From a virus (lineage: Duplodnaviria > Caudoviricetes), in IMG/VR virus record IMGVR_UViG_3300037854_000066, positions 1 through 42,977 of that record: 42,977 bases of DNA; one strand, written 5' to 3'. Within the stretch, counting starts at the first letter, position 1; every line of letters begins with the position of its first letter. A model generated the notes under the pieces. It was given only the letters and a program-made list of their open reading frames with translations. It ran no database searches and was not told where the DNA came from. This document shows positions 1-9,186 of the stretch, piece after piece. The translations under genes and the position numbers were made by a program.

Positions 1-222
1 ATGGATACACTACTCATTCATCCCAGTCACCAACTCCTAGGGGTAAGACCTGAATCGGTCGCCACGGGCACGAAGCGGGTGATCCTTGGGATCCTTTCTC
101 TAGTACTCTCGATCATTCTACTGGCTGTAGAAAACTATGACCTGATGAAGCCGAGAAGGCAGCAGGCCAAGAAGGAGGTCAGTATAAAGCGAGGAGCACG
201 CCGAAAATATGACAGCCTATGA
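1..222 (+). CDS. Hypothetical protein with one hydrophobic segment
   Basis: ORF with VILGILSLVLSIILLAV; ATGA overlap with next ORF; lies at the window edge. Confidence 0.5.
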   Translation: MDTLLIHPSHQLLGVRPESVATGTKRVILGILSLVLSIILLAVENYDLMKPRRQQAKKEVSIKRGARRKYDSL

Positions 223-548
223 AAGTCTATCTAAACCGAAGCAGTGAACTGCACTCGCTGACGATCCTGCACCTGCAGGGCTGGATCGAGGCACTGGATG
301 AAATCATGGCATCGGAAGACTGTCCCTTCGAAACTGCCAATGAGCTGGCTCTGCAGCTGGATCACTGGCGGGAGGAATTTCAAAAGCACTCAGGTGACCG
401 GCATGTGAAAAAAGAGCCGGTAGTGATCATCACGTATGGCGATCAGGTGATCCTGGTCTACAATCAACAAACCGGAGAATATATCAAACTAACCGTCATC
501 CCCCATCAGCTATGGAAGCAAGAGACATCCTTATCAGCAAAATCCTAA
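219..548 (+). CDS. Hypothetical phage protein
   Basis: ORF in a tightly packed co-directional run. Confidence 0.7.
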   Translation: MKVYLNRSSELHSLTILHLQGWIEALDEIMASEDCPFETANELALQLDHWREEFQKHSGDRHVKKEPVVIITYGDQVILVYNQQTGEYIKLTVIPHQLWKQETSLSAKS

Positions 549-778
549 ATACTCCGCCGCATCAACTCCCTCCTATCGTGAAGAGCTCAGGCTGCTACAC
601 GCTGGATGTGGTCTATGTGGGCGAGAAGTACAACAAGGTCGGGCTTAGCCTGGAAGAAGTACTGCAAGGCTACTGGCACTTTGTAACCAAGTGCAACTAT
701 AAATGTGTACGGCACGAGGATACTCTTCGTGACCTGCCTGTGCCAGCTGGCCGGGCGATCTATCCCAAGGAACTTTAA
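512..778 (+). CDS. Hypothetical phage protein
   Basis: ORF in a tightly packed co-directional run. Confidence 0.65.
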   Translation: MEARDILISKILNTPPHQLPPIVKSSGCYTLDVVYVGEKYNKVGLSLEEVLQGYWHFVTKCNYKCVRHEDTLRDLPVPAGRAIYPKEL

Positions 779-789
779 TCAATACCAAT

Positions 790-1059
790 ATGAAAAAATT
801 ACTCTTAATCCTGCTGATCGGGATGATCAGCATGATCAACAATGAATCGATGGAGACTGCGGAGCCTAGCATCCAAGTCGAACTGCATCAGAGCGAGTAC
901 ACAGCCGAACTATTAGGCTTGGGAAAGCCGAAGTACAAGATCAATAAGATCCAGCGACAGAACAGCCCCAAGCGAAAGAACAAGCGGAATAAAAGACTGC
1001 TGAAGAAGTGGGGACTGGCTGAGGTGGAGATTACTGGAAAGGAGGTGAATCGTGGCTAA
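790..1059 (+). CDS. Hypothetical protein, signal-peptide-like N-terminus and basic C-terminal half
   Basis: MKKLLLILLIGMISMI N-terminus; ends in the AAGGAGGTG junction motif. Confidence 0.65.
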   Translation: MKKLLLILLIGMISMINNESMETAEPSIQVELHQSEYTAELLGLGKPKYKINKIQRQNSPKRKNKRNKRLLKKWGLAEVEITGKEVNRG

Positions 1060-1360
1060 GGATCAATTTCTTATTCTATCCCTGAAGCATAGCGAAGGAT
1101 CAAAGCCCTGCTTCTGGCGACCTGATGACGCGGGATACACTACGATTCCCTGGGCGGCAGGTGTATATAATCGAGCAGCAGTAGAGGCAAATCCAAAGTA
1201 CTACAATAATGGGTATGATACGCTAGCTGTTGAATTCTCCAATCATGCACTGGAATCAATCGGGTTTAAGTGCAGCATGGATGTGAAAAAGGTTCAGGAA
1301 CTGGCAAAAGCCGCCAGAATTCAAAGAACACTGGAAGAAAAGGAGGTGTCCAATGGATAA
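1052..1360 (+). CDS. Hypothetical phage protein (FWRP..GYT...AG.Y motif)
   Basis: GTG start 13 nt after the beginning of AAGGAGGTG; 8-nt overlap with upstream gene. Confidence 0.8.
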   Translation: MAKDQFLILSLKHSEGSKPCFWRPDDAGYTTIPWAAGVYNRAAVEANPKYYNNGYDTLAVEFSNHALESIGFKCSMDVKKVQELAKAARIQRTLEEKEVSNG

Positions 1361-1580
1361 GCCAGTAATTCAAATCAAAATTGAAGGACCTCAAGGATCT
1401 GGGAAGACTACGCTAGCTCAGACTCTTACGACTCTCTTTCGGATTCTTGGTAGATACTTGGTCGTCAGTTCCACGGACAATACCAGCGATCGAGAATTAT
1501 TTCATCTAGAAGATGAGTATCATATCCTACAGATCACCACGGAGCAAACTCCAAAGGAAAAGGAGGTGAGTAATGGGTAA
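1353..1580 (+). CDS. Very small P-loop-containing protein
   Basis: IQIKIEGPQGSGKTT Walker A; SD-like motif at 1340-1348. Confidence 0.7.
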   Translation: MDKPVIQIKIEGPQGSGKTTLAQTLTTLFRILGRYLVVSSTDNTSDRELFHLEDEYHILQITTEQTPKEKEVSNG

Positions 1581-2001
1581 TGTAATCTCACCGGCATCTC
1601 TTCGGGAATTTAGGAAAAATCTGATCGAATCAAAATGGGAGGGTGAACCCCGTCTTGGACTTGGAATAGCCAATATGCTCTACATCAATAAAGGAGCCCA
1701 GCTGGCAATGAAATTAAACGCGGACGATCATCAGAATCATCTTCTAATCACTCAGGATGATGAAGGGTGGCTTTACATCAAAAAAACACCCTCTAGCAAT
1801 GTTACCTGGGAGGTGAAGAAATATAAGGATGGAGGAATGAGGATCACTAAGACTGCTCTTTGTCGATTCTTAAGAACATACTTTAAGATCAGGAAAAGTC
1901 AAACCGCAAGCTTTAAACTCACTCCGATGGAGGATGGATCTTTCCGTATCAATGTCCCTACTTTATCCATTGTAGAAGAAAAGGAGGTGTCCAATGGCTA
2001 A
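1573..2001 (+). CDS. Hypothetical phage protein
   Basis: SD-like motif at 1560-1568; 8-nt overlaps at both ends. Confidence 0.8.
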   Translation: MGNVISPASLREFRKNLIESKWEGEPRLGLGIANMLYINKGAQLAMKLNADDHQNHLLITQDDEGWLYIKKTPSSNVTWEVKKYKDGGMRITKTALCRFLRTYFKIRKSQTASFKLTPMEDGSFRINVPTLSIVEEKEVSNG

Positions 2002-2287
2002 GCTATCGTACACGAAACTGAATTCACCAAGTAGAGGAAGGTATGACCTGATGGTAGATGCGAAGGTGAAGGAACTGATAGACTGGTATGAGATCAGCAT
2101 GCTCTTGACTTTCGCTGCGGAATGGGAAGAGTGGGCAGTGGGTATTTCCGATACAAATGCCTTCAGCTTTAGGAATGCTTACCGATTCAAAATCGAAAAT
2201 GGAGTGGGTCAAATCTGGAGACAGTTCTCCGGCTCTGATAAGGATCCGATTCTGGTCTATGAAATCAAGGAGGTGGGTAATGGGTAA
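1994..2287 (+). CDS. Hypothetical phage protein
   Basis: SD-like motif at 1981-1989; 8-nt overlaps at both ends. Confidence 0.8.
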   Translation: MAKLSYTKLNSPSRGRYDLMVDAKVKELIDWYEISMLLTFAAEWEEWAVGISDTNAFSFRNAYRFKIENGVGQIWRQFSGSDKDPILVYEIKEVGNG

Positions 2288-2522
2288 GCTGTCTCTATTT
2301 GAATATATAGCCTCTGATTTACCGCCTGAAAGTAGCTCAAATGTTTTAAAAAGATTTGGATATTCAGACAGTTATCCTGCCAAAATAACTTCTGAAGAAA
2401 TCGAGATTCCACACTGGAATATAGTTTCTTATTCTTTCCGAAGAAGAAGGTGGGAAAATATGGACGCTGAAAGAGTTCAGGTAATTAATTGGTATTCGGA
2501 AAAGGAGGTGGGTAATGGGTAA
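2280..2522 (+). CDS. Hypothetical phage protein (start moved to ATG 2280)
   Basis: AAGGAGGTG at 2267-2275 places the start at 2280 (MGKLSLF), matching neighbouring junctions. Confidence 0.75.
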   Translation: MGKLSLFEYIASDLPPESSSNVLKRFGYSDSYPAKITSEEIEIPHWNIVSYSFRRRRWENMDAERVQVINWYSEKEVGNG

Positions 2523-3423
2523 GCTAAAACCAAATCAATTCCACCTGCCATCCGGTGGACGGATCACTGAGCGACCGATCCTATTTCAGACGGATATGGT
2601 GAAGGCTATCCTGGACGGAAGAAAGACGCAGACGAGGAGGAATATCAAGAACGTAGAGCTGCGTCCCTCCAAAAATGAAGGTCGATTTAACTTCAGTTAT
2701 GAAAGGAAGACAAGATTTGAAGCAGGAGTTAATCTTACTCTTGAATCGTTAAACCTGCCATTTACTGGAATACTTGATTTATGCCCCTACGGCAAGCCCG
2801 GCGATCTGCTTTGGGTGAGAGAGACTTGGCTGAAACTCGATCGAGATCATGTAATCACTTCTCAATATGCCTACAAATCAAATGGAGATCCAAATACTGA
2901 AGATCTGAGAAAGGACTATATAAAATCTGGAAGAAACTACAAATGGAAACCCTCAATCCATATGCCCAAGGATGCGGCGCGGATCTGGCTGATGGTCGAG
3001 GAGGTACGAGTGGAGCGACTGCAGGATATCAGTGAGGAGGATGCGATTGCAGAGGGCATAGGTACAACCAATGGAATTCCAGTTGGATTGACCTCACACT
3101 ATTTAGATTATTTGAATAATCGAAACTGTTACTCCTCACCATTTAACTCTTTCCAATCACTCTGGGCCTCGATTAACGGGGAGGAGTCCTGGAATGCCAA
3201 TCCATGGGTATGGGTGGTGAAGTTTCGGGTGATTGCTAATAATGGATATCATCGCTTGGATTGCATTGAGTGGAACTATCATGAGGTAATGAAGATCCAT
3301 GCAGATAGAGAGAAGCAATCCTATGAGACTGCCGCTCCCGATTCTCGGGATCGCAGTGACGGTAAACAGATTCCGGTGAGTGAAGACACTCACCGGGGCG
3401 GAAAGGAGGCTGGCCATGAATGA
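2515..3423 (+). CDS. Widespread phage protein, ASCH/PUA-like (ERPILF..MV.AILDGRKTQTRR family), with repeat-derived C-terminal extension
   Basis: Motifs ERPILFQTDMVKAILDGRKTQTRR, CPYGKPGDLLWVRETW, WKPSIHMP, ERLQDISEEDAIAEG, NPWVWVV. Confidence 0.8.
   Translation: MGKLKPNQFHLPSGGRITERPILFQTDMVKAILDGRKTQTRRNIKNVELRPSKNEGRFNFSYERKTRFEAGVNLTLESLNLPFTGILDLCPYGKPGDLLWVRETWLKLDRDHVITSQYAYKSNGDPNTEDLRKDYIKSGRNYKWKPSIHMPKDAARIWLMVEEVRVERLQDISEEDAIAEGIGTTNGIPVGLTSHYLDYLNNRNCYSSPFNSFQSLWASINGEESWNANPWVWVVKFRVIANNGYHRLDCIEWNYHEVMKIHADREKQSYETAAPDSRDRSDGKQIPVSEDTHRGGKEAGHE
3325..3360 (+). repeat. REP-like palindromic element core (GAGACTGC...TCGCAGTGAC), in-frame in CDS
   Basis: 3325-3368 matches 30999-31042 at 42 of 44 nt. 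Confidence 0.9.
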
Positions 3424-3862
3424 GCACTATCACGATCATGAGCAGGATGAGCGGGATTATTATGAGCGGTCCTTTACCCGAAGGCATGAATATGCTTGGT
3501 GGGCCTTTCGCTGGATGATCAAACTGATCATTCCGATGCTCTTGCTTTCCTGGCTATTCTTTGGATGCTCGTCGGCTCAGCCGATTGCTACTGAGTCAAC
3601 CGGCACGGTGATTCAGGTGGATGGTGAGCGCGTATTGGTCACCTTCAAAGTGGTGAATAAGAAATACGCGGATCAGGGCGTGAACTGGTTCTACATTCCG
3701 GGTCACAGCTACCAGGAAGGGGATCGGTATCCTGATCCGAAGAAGGATCCTTCGCTGGGATCGTCATTGCGAGGGAGGAGGAACGACTACCGCGGCAATC
3801 TTCTTACTGGTGAGACTGCTTCGGGCTACGCCTCTCGCAGTGACGGGATGACAATCAATTAA
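3416..3862 (+). CDS. Membrane/lipoprotein-like hypothetical protein (start moved to ATG 3416)
   Basis: AAGGAGGCT at 3403-3411; hydrophobic stretch ending FFGCSS; C-terminus encoded by a repeat element. Confidence 0.7.
   Translation: MNEHYHDHEQDERDYYERSFTRRHEYAWWAFRWMIKLIIPMLLLSWLFFGCSSAQPIATESTGTVIQVDGERVLVTFKVVNKKYADQGVNWFYIPGHSYQEGDRYPDPKKDPSLGSSLRGRRNDYRGNLLTGETASGYASRSDGMTIN
3762..3845 (+). repeat. Full-length REP-like palindromic element (CGTCATTGCGAG...CTCGCAGTGACG), inside CDS
   Basis: 12-bp terminal inverted repeat with one mismatch; internal GCAATC...GAGACTGC. Confidence 0.9.
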
Positions 3863-3876
3863 AGATCTACTTTGCT

Positions 3877-4137
3877 ATGAAAGAACAAGAACTGTATCAA
3901 CGGCATCTGGACTTTGCCGTAGGCGATGCCCGGGTGTGGTTTCGCAATATTCCCAGGCTGACTCATCGCTTTATCTGTCAGCGACTGGTGGACTCGATCA
4001 CGAGTCAGTTTCGCGGGCATGAGCTGATGCTCTTTCACTTTGAGCTGGCCAGAATCGAGGATCGGACCTATGAGATCCGCGTGAATAAGTCGGCTTACGT
4101 GAAGCTACTTGTCGGAAAGGAGGTGCATGATGAGTAA
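3877..4137 (+). CDS. Hypothetical phage protein
   Basis: ORF ending in the KEV junction motif. Confidence 0.7.
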   Translation: MKEQELYQRHLDFAVGDARVWFRNIPRLTHRFICQRLVDSITSQFRGHELMLFHFELARIEDRTYEIRVNKSAYVKLLVGKEVHDE

Positions 4138-4327
4138 GGAAGCGACGGTCCGTGAGAACATTACGCAGCTATCTACTCCGGAGCTATGCCAAAAGATCCG
4201 TGAGACGCAGGAGCTGATCTGCAACAATTTCAATCTGTGCTCTTCTATCCTGGACCTTAAAATCCGCGAGCTGCAACTGATGATCGAAGTGCGCGACAGC
4301 AGAAAGGAGGCTGATGATGGGGTATGA
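4130..4327 (+). CDS. Hypothetical small helical protein (start at 4127 or 4130)
   Basis: AAGGAGGTG at 4117-4125. Confidence 0.65.
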   Translation: MSKEATVRENITQLSTPELCQKIRETQELICNNFNLCSSILDLKIRELQLMIEVRDSRKEADDGV

Positions 4328-4574
4328 ATGGGACTTTGAACAGCGGGTAAAATCTGAGGATCTGCAACATGCAATCGACAAAATGGAGATAGCTGTCAAG
4401 AGCCTTGAGCTTCGGGTGAAGCATCCTCACTCCAAAATAGGAAACCGAATCCAATCACTAGAAAAATCAAAAAATGAAGTTAGAAACTGTCAACAATACC
4501 TCGAAGCAATCTTTGCAAGATACCTCAATCAGCTCCGAAAGGAAGCAGCTCGAAGAGTTCTTGATCAGGTTTGA
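4317..4574 (+). CDS. Hypothetical coiled-coil protein (start at 4314 or 4317)
   Basis: AAGGAGGCT at 4304-4312. Confidence 0.7.
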   Translation: MGYEWDFEQRVKSEDLQHAIDKMEIAVKSLELRVKHPHSKIGNRIQSLEKSKNEVRNCQQYLEAIFARYLNQLRKEAARRVLDQV

Positions 4575-4695
4575 CCTGCAGCAGGTGGAAAACAAGCTTC
4601 AGTATAACCGGAGCTTGAATGAGGAATCAAAGGCCCTTCTCAAAGCTTTCGCTCAAAGGCGTGAACAGGACCTTGCCGATCTACAGAAACTTTAA
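4561..4695 (+). CDS. Possible small hypothetical protein (start uncertain)
   Basis: 3' part of ORF 4474..4695 fills the gap before the primase; in-frame TTG at 4561. Confidence 0.35.
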   Translation: MIRFDLQQVENKLQYNRSLNEESKALLKAFAQRREQDLADLQKL

Positions 4696-4718
4696 TCTAA
4701 ACCACCAAGCACTTTTCG

Positions 4719-7208
4719 ATGAGTAACCAACCAACCCTATCTCCGGAGGTCAAGCTGTACTTTGAAGAACGCCTGCGGAGCCTATCGATCACCGAGGAAG
4801 TAAACCGTCTCTCCACTCCTATCTATGAGGGAGTGGAAGGTGGCGTGAAGGCCACGAAAGACCGGAAGGAAAGTATCTTCTTTGAGCCGCATCCGGAGGG
4901 AATTCAGATCAACTATTTCCTACCGAACGGCCATCATATGACCTGGCGCAAGGAGGGCAATAAGTGGCCAAGTAACTATAAGCGGATCCGACTGCAGAAG
5001 CCGAAACAATATGAGAAGGACGGACAGGTGCAGACGGCCAAATACATTCAGGAGAAAGGTTCGCCGGTCTTTCCCTTTCTGACTCCCGGAGTGATCAAGG
5101 CTTGGGTGGAAGGCAAGAAGATCAAGACGCTCTTTCTGATCGAGGGGGAGTTCAAGGCATTTAAAGGCTGGATGGCCAAGGAGCAGACCGAGCGAAAGGA
5201 GGAGGTGGAGTTTGTCGGACTGCCGGGAATTCATGGATTCTATGGCGGAGATCTGAACCATAAGCAGGAGATCAATGAGGTGGTGCAGCAGATCATTCTG
5301 GACTGCCAGGTGGAGCAGTTGGCACTGGTGACCGACTCGGATACGCTGACGGTCAACTATAAAGAAGGCAAGGATCTGTATCTGCGCCCGAAGTCATTCG
5401 CCAATGCGGTGAAGAACTTCAGAAACTCCGTGAAGTTGCTACTTCACAATCAGGACTGCGCCCTGAGCCGTGTCTATTTCCTACATCTGAAAACCAAGCT
5501 GTTGGACAAGGCTAAGGGACTGGATGATCTGATCCTGGCACAACCGGCCAAGACCACGGATATCATCGAGGATCTGTGCCGCTTTGACTTTGCAATGACC
5601 TACTTCGACGGCATACAGCTGATCGATGAGGAAATGGCAAAGGTGGATAAGTACTTTGGGATCGATGGAAAGGAGAACTTCTACACCCTGTATAAGGAAT
5701 TCATAGGAGCCAGGCCATTCATCTACAAGAAGATCAAGTATGAGTGGGGTGACAATGAGCTGAAGTATGTGAAGTCGGAGGAGGCGGATCTCTTTATGCG
5801 GGTGGGAATCGACTGGCTGAAGAAGGTGAAGACTCCCAATCACCGTGGCCTACTGGAAGAACGGGTGCAGCGGTGGAGTGTAGCGGAGATCAAGCGTGAC
5901 TATCCGAAGTACATTGCCGATCAGCTGATCAATAAGGATATCCCGCGATATGATGCCTTCTTCATTGAGCCGTGCTTTGATCTGAAAGAATATAAGCGGG
6001 TACTCCATGGCTGCTACAATCTGATGGAACCGCTGATGTGGGATCCGAAGCCCGGCAGGTTTGATCAGACGATCAAGTTTCTGAAGCACATCTTCGGAGG
6101 AGAGGGATCGATCACCTGGAATGAGCAGGAAAAATGCTATGAGGAGCATAATGTGAAAGCAGATCAGTTTTCCGTGGCGCTAGACTATCTGACCATCCTG
6201 CATCAGCATCCAAAGCAAAAGACCTTTGTGCCCTGCCTGGTATCCAAGGAGCAGGGAACGGGAAAGACTACATTCCTGGAATGGCTCTGCACGGTGTACA
6301 ATGGGAACGGGACGATCCTGGACAATGAGCGATTCAAGATGAACTTCAACGGGCACTATGCTTCAAAATTCATCATCGGACTGGATGAGGGATTCCTGGA
6401 CGTAGAGAAGAAAGCAGAGCGAGAGCGACTGAAGAAGATGGTGACTTCGAAGACGATGTTTCTCGAGATGAAGGGCGTCGATGTGAAAGAGATCCCCTAC
6501 TACGGCCACCTGATCATCTGCTCCAATGATGCCGACTCCCTGATGAAGATGGAGGAAGAGGATACCCGGTGGTTTGTGGTGAAGGTAGATCCGATCGATC
6601 AGAAGGATAAGGATCCCGACTATGAGAAGAAGCTGATGGAGGAGATTCCGCACTATCTGCACTACATCCAAAACCGGAAGATCTTTCATCCGAAAGAAGA
6701 CCGGCTGTGGTTCTCGCCGAAGGACTTCGAAACCGAGCAGATGCGCAAGATCATCCAGGTGACGAAAGCGAGACTGGATGCGGTGGTAGAGAACTGGGTG
6801 AAGGATATCTTCCTCACCTACAAGGTGGACGAGCTCCGCATCAATCGCAAGACGATGCTGCGGCAGCTGAATAATCCTGAGGTGTCCAAATACAAAATCG
6901 ACGAGAAGGAGCTGAAGTACTTCCTGGAAGAGAAGCGAAAGCTGAAGTATCAGGGTGCGGCACGATGCAAGATCCCGAGAGAGCTGGAAATATTTGGCGA
7001 GACCGTGACGGTGAAATACTGGGAGGAGGTGCAGCGGCACTATCTATTCAAGCCGGAGGAATGGCTGAGCGATGAGGAGTATCTGGAATACAAGGCTGGA
7101 TGGAATGTGAATCCTGATGAGGTGAAGAAAGAGGTGGCCAAGGCGATGCCGGCAGGATCGGTGAAGGATCTCTTTGATGGGGATGCGCCGAGTGAGCCGG
7201 GGTTTTAG
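4719..7208 (+). CDS. DNA primase-helicase (TOPRIM-like N-terminal domain + D5/SF3-type P-loop ATPase)
   Basis: LIEGEFKA, VTDSD and KGLDD TOPRIM-like motifs; EQGTGKTT Walker A, IGLDE Walker B, IICSN motif C. Confidence 0.88.
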   Translation: MSNQPTLSPEVKLYFEERLRSLSITEEVNRLSTPIYEGVEGGVKATKDRKESIFFEPHPEGIQINYFLPNGHHMTWRKEGNKWPSNYKRIRLQKPKQYEKDGQVQTAKYIQEKGSPVFPFLTPGVIKAWVEGKKIKTLFLIEGEFKAFKGWMAKEQTERKEEVEFVGLPGIHGFYGGDLNHKQEINEVVQQIILDCQVEQLALVTDSDTLTVNYKEGKDLYLRPKSFANAVKNFRNSVKLLLHNQDCALSRVYFLHLKTKLLDKAKGLDDLILAQPAKTTDIIEDLCRFDFAMTYFDGIQLIDEEMAKVDKYFGIDGKENFYTLYKEFIGARPFIYKKIKYEWGDNELKYVKSEEADLFMRVGIDWLKKVKTPNHRGLLEERVQRWSVAEIKRDYPKYIADQLINKDIPRYDAFFIEPCFDLKEYKRVLHGCYNLMEPLMWDPKPGRFDQTIKFLKHIFGGEGSITWNEQEKCYEEHNVKADQFSVALDYLTILHQHPKQKTFVPCLVSKEQGTGKTTFLEWLCTVYNGNGTILDNERFKMNFNGHYASKFIIGLDEGFLDVEKKAERERLKKMVTSKTMFLEMKGVDVKEIPYYGHLIICSNDADSLMKMEEEDTRWFVVKVDPIDQKDKDPDYEKKLMEEIPHYLHYIQNRKIFHPKEDRLWFSPKDFETEQMRKIIQVTKARLDAVVENWVKDIFLTYKVDELRINRKTMLRQLNNPEVSKYKIDEKELKYFLEEKRKLKYQGAARCKIPRELEIFGETVTVKYWEEVQRHYLFKPEEWLSDEEYLEYKAGWNVNPDEVKKEVAKAMPAGSVKDLFDGDAPSEPGF

Positions 7209-7243
7209 GGAGTTAAGAATTAGGAATTGAATAATTAAGAATT

Positions 7244-7753
7244 ATGTACTACAAAATCACAAACAAAGAATCAAAAGTGTATCAGGATCTGCATGCACAA
7301 CGAACCAAAGAGATTGAAATCGAATCAGAAAATGAAAGGCTTGTCCAAGAAAAAATTGTCCACGAATACAAGGGTTTCCTTGGAAGGCATGGGCAGCAAA
7401 CTTTCTCAAGAACATCTGAATATCATGGATTCAGTTTCAAAAATCCTGCAGAGCTAGACCCTAAAATTTGGGTAAAGGATAAGAAGCATTCCAACGTGTA
7501 TGTTCCGAACACCAGGACGAAAAAAGGAAGAGAGATGAAAGAGTTTCTTCTGAATGGATTGAAAGGTAGCCGATTTGATATAGTCTTTCAACTGGTCGGA
7601 ATCAAGAAACACAATAGTAGGTTCACTTTCCCATTCATGGAAATAGTAGGAGATGTGATCCTATTATATATGGATGATAATCACGAGCCTCTAGTGGATG
7701 ATGTCATAGAAATCACCAGTAAAGAGTTTGATCAAATACTCAATAAAGGATAG
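7244..7753 (+). CDS. Hypothetical protein (AT-rich)
   Basis: 169-aa ORF, co-directional. Confidence 0.8.
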   Translation: MYYKITNKESKVYQDLHAQRTKEIEIESENERLVQEKIVHEYKGFLGRHGQQTFSRTSEYHGFSFKNPAELDPKIWVKDKKHSNVYVPNTRTKKGREMKEFLLNGLKGSRFDIVFQLVGIKKHNSRFTFPFMEIVGDVILLYMDDNHEPLVDDVIEITSKEFDQILNKG

Positions 7754-7755
7754 CC

Positions 7756-8088
7756 ATGAGAAAGAATCGAAACAAAGCATTGTACCTGAAGGAGCTGAGC
7801 ATATTAGATTATGGTAAAGCACCGGAGCTAATTCAGAAACTATTTGATCACCTGAAGTATAAGGAACCAATGGACAAGATCCAGATTCAGAAAGCGGTGC
7901 ATGGGTATCCTGATTATTTCGAGTGGCGGACGAAGCCGAGTTTCTCGGATCGGTTTAAGCGGTTGAGTAATCTCAAAGAGGCCTATCGAATCGATATGAA
8001 AAATATTTCACCTGGTACGGTGAAGATGAAAGGAGAGGCAGGAGCTGAGACGGCGGCGGCTTTGGGGAAATTAATTCAACATAAATAA
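7756..8088 (+). CDS. Hypothetical protein
   Basis: ORF 2 nt after upstream stop. Confidence 0.7.
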   Translation: MRKNRNKALYLKELSILDYGKAPELIQKLFDHLKYKEPMDKIQIQKAVHGYPDYFEWRTKPSFSDRFKRLSNLKEAYRIDMKNISPGTVKMKGEAGAETAAALGKLIQHK

Positions 8089-8095
8089 ATCAAAA

Positions 8096-8326
8096 ATGGG
8101 AAATTGGAAGACACAAGGAGAGCTTGACAAGGATCAGGCGAAGAAAGAACTCACTGAATGTGAGGCTATGAAGGTGCTGCTGGCTAATAATGCTTTGGCA
8201 GCTGAGATCCATATCGCCGGCATGCGAATGGGTACCTGCGATAATGCATGGCTAATCCCTATCGTGGATAAGCAGATCGAGGAGCTGAATAAGTTTCTGA
8301 ATGGTGAAAAGAATCTGTGGGAATAG
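8096..8326 (+). CDS. Hypothetical protein
   Basis: ORF with A-rich leader. Confidence 0.7.
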   Translation: MGNWKTQGELDKDQAKKELTECEAMKVLLANNALAAEIHIAGMRMGTCDNAWLIPIVDKQIEELNKFLNGEKNLWE

Positions 8327-8328
8327 CC

Positions 8329-8736
8329 ATGACAAAAGCAAGACTAGAAGAAGTGATCATTGTGGAGTCCAATCGAGGATTGGGCGTACATGAGAGTGAC
8401 CCGGTGCGAAAGGTAACCAGCATCTTCCTAAAGGATGGAACGCTACTGGCGGAGATTGACTCTACAGAAGTTGGTGGAATCCGGTTGAAACAGGTCTTTA
8501 ATCCTCAAATGATTAATCAAGAAACTAATCCTGAATCTCTTTGGCCACCTCGATCTCAAATTATTGACCATAAATTGATGGCGCAAAACAACATGACAAG
8601 GGGAGATCAGTTGGGAGTTCCGGTAGATCCTTATAATCCAAGCAGAGGAGTGGAATGGAAGTATAGATATGAAATGACTTTCGAGGATGATGAAAAGATT
8701 AAAAAATACTTTGAATTAAAATCCAAAAAGCCATGA
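8329..8736 (+). CDS. Hypothetical protein (start likely ATG 8329)
   Basis: ATG 2 nt after upstream stop; ATGA overlap downstream. Confidence 0.7.
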   Translation: MTKARLEEVIIVESNRGLGVHESDPVRKVTSIFLKDGTLLAEIDSTEVGGIRLKQVFNPQMINQETNPESLWPPRSQIIDHKLMAQNNMTRGDQLGVPVDPYNPSRGVEWKYRYEMTFEDDEKIKKYFELKSKKP

Positions 8737-9170
8737 AAGCCCAGCAACTGATATTCGAAGAGCTAGATAGCCAATTTGGAAAAGTGTGGAGAGCTAGGAT
8801 CCCTATGTTTCATGATTTCTATGCGATCATGGTGGATCGGGAAACCGGCAAGACCAAGACGCTCTATCCTTTGAGTCAGAAGATGTTTCACAATTCGGTA
8901 GAAGAAGCAAAAGAATGGTGTCAGCGGGACTTTGAGATGCGGGTAAAACATCTATTGATAAGCGAACCCAACTCCTCCCCTGAAGGAGACGGGAACTTTA
9001 AAAGATATATGGCATTTGGATGCTCTAGATATTATCCTTCTGGAGGATTAAGCGATGTAATTGGAAGCTTTGACACTCCTGAAGAGGCAATTAAATGCTG
9101 TAAGCAAAGTACTCATGATTGGACAAATGTCTGGGATCGAATTGCTGATAGGGAAATTGAATTTGATTGA
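8733..9170 (+). CDS. Hypothetical protein, apparently two fused small domains
   Basis: C-terminal RYMAFG...YYPSGGLSD..GSFDT segment after a PNSSPEGDG linker. Confidence 0.7.
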   Translation: MKAQQLIFEELDSQFGKVWRARIPMFHDFYAIMVDRETGKTKTLYPLSQKMFHNSVEEAKEWCQRDFEMRVKHLLISEPNSSPEGDGNFKRYMAFGCSRYYPSGGLSDVIGSFDTPEEAIKCCKQSTHDWTNVWDRIADREIEFD

Positions 9171-9186
9171 ATCACACTATAAACCT

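Noticed and set aside
4920-7040. Long antisense ORFs within the primase (similar ones within the protease, portal, tail and tape measure genes)
   Set aside because: Shadow frames of strongly biased sense genes; no motifs or initiation signals
7214-7243. TAAGAAT-like short tandem units after the primase
   Set aside because: Too short and degenerate to separate from ordinary AT-rich intergenic sequence
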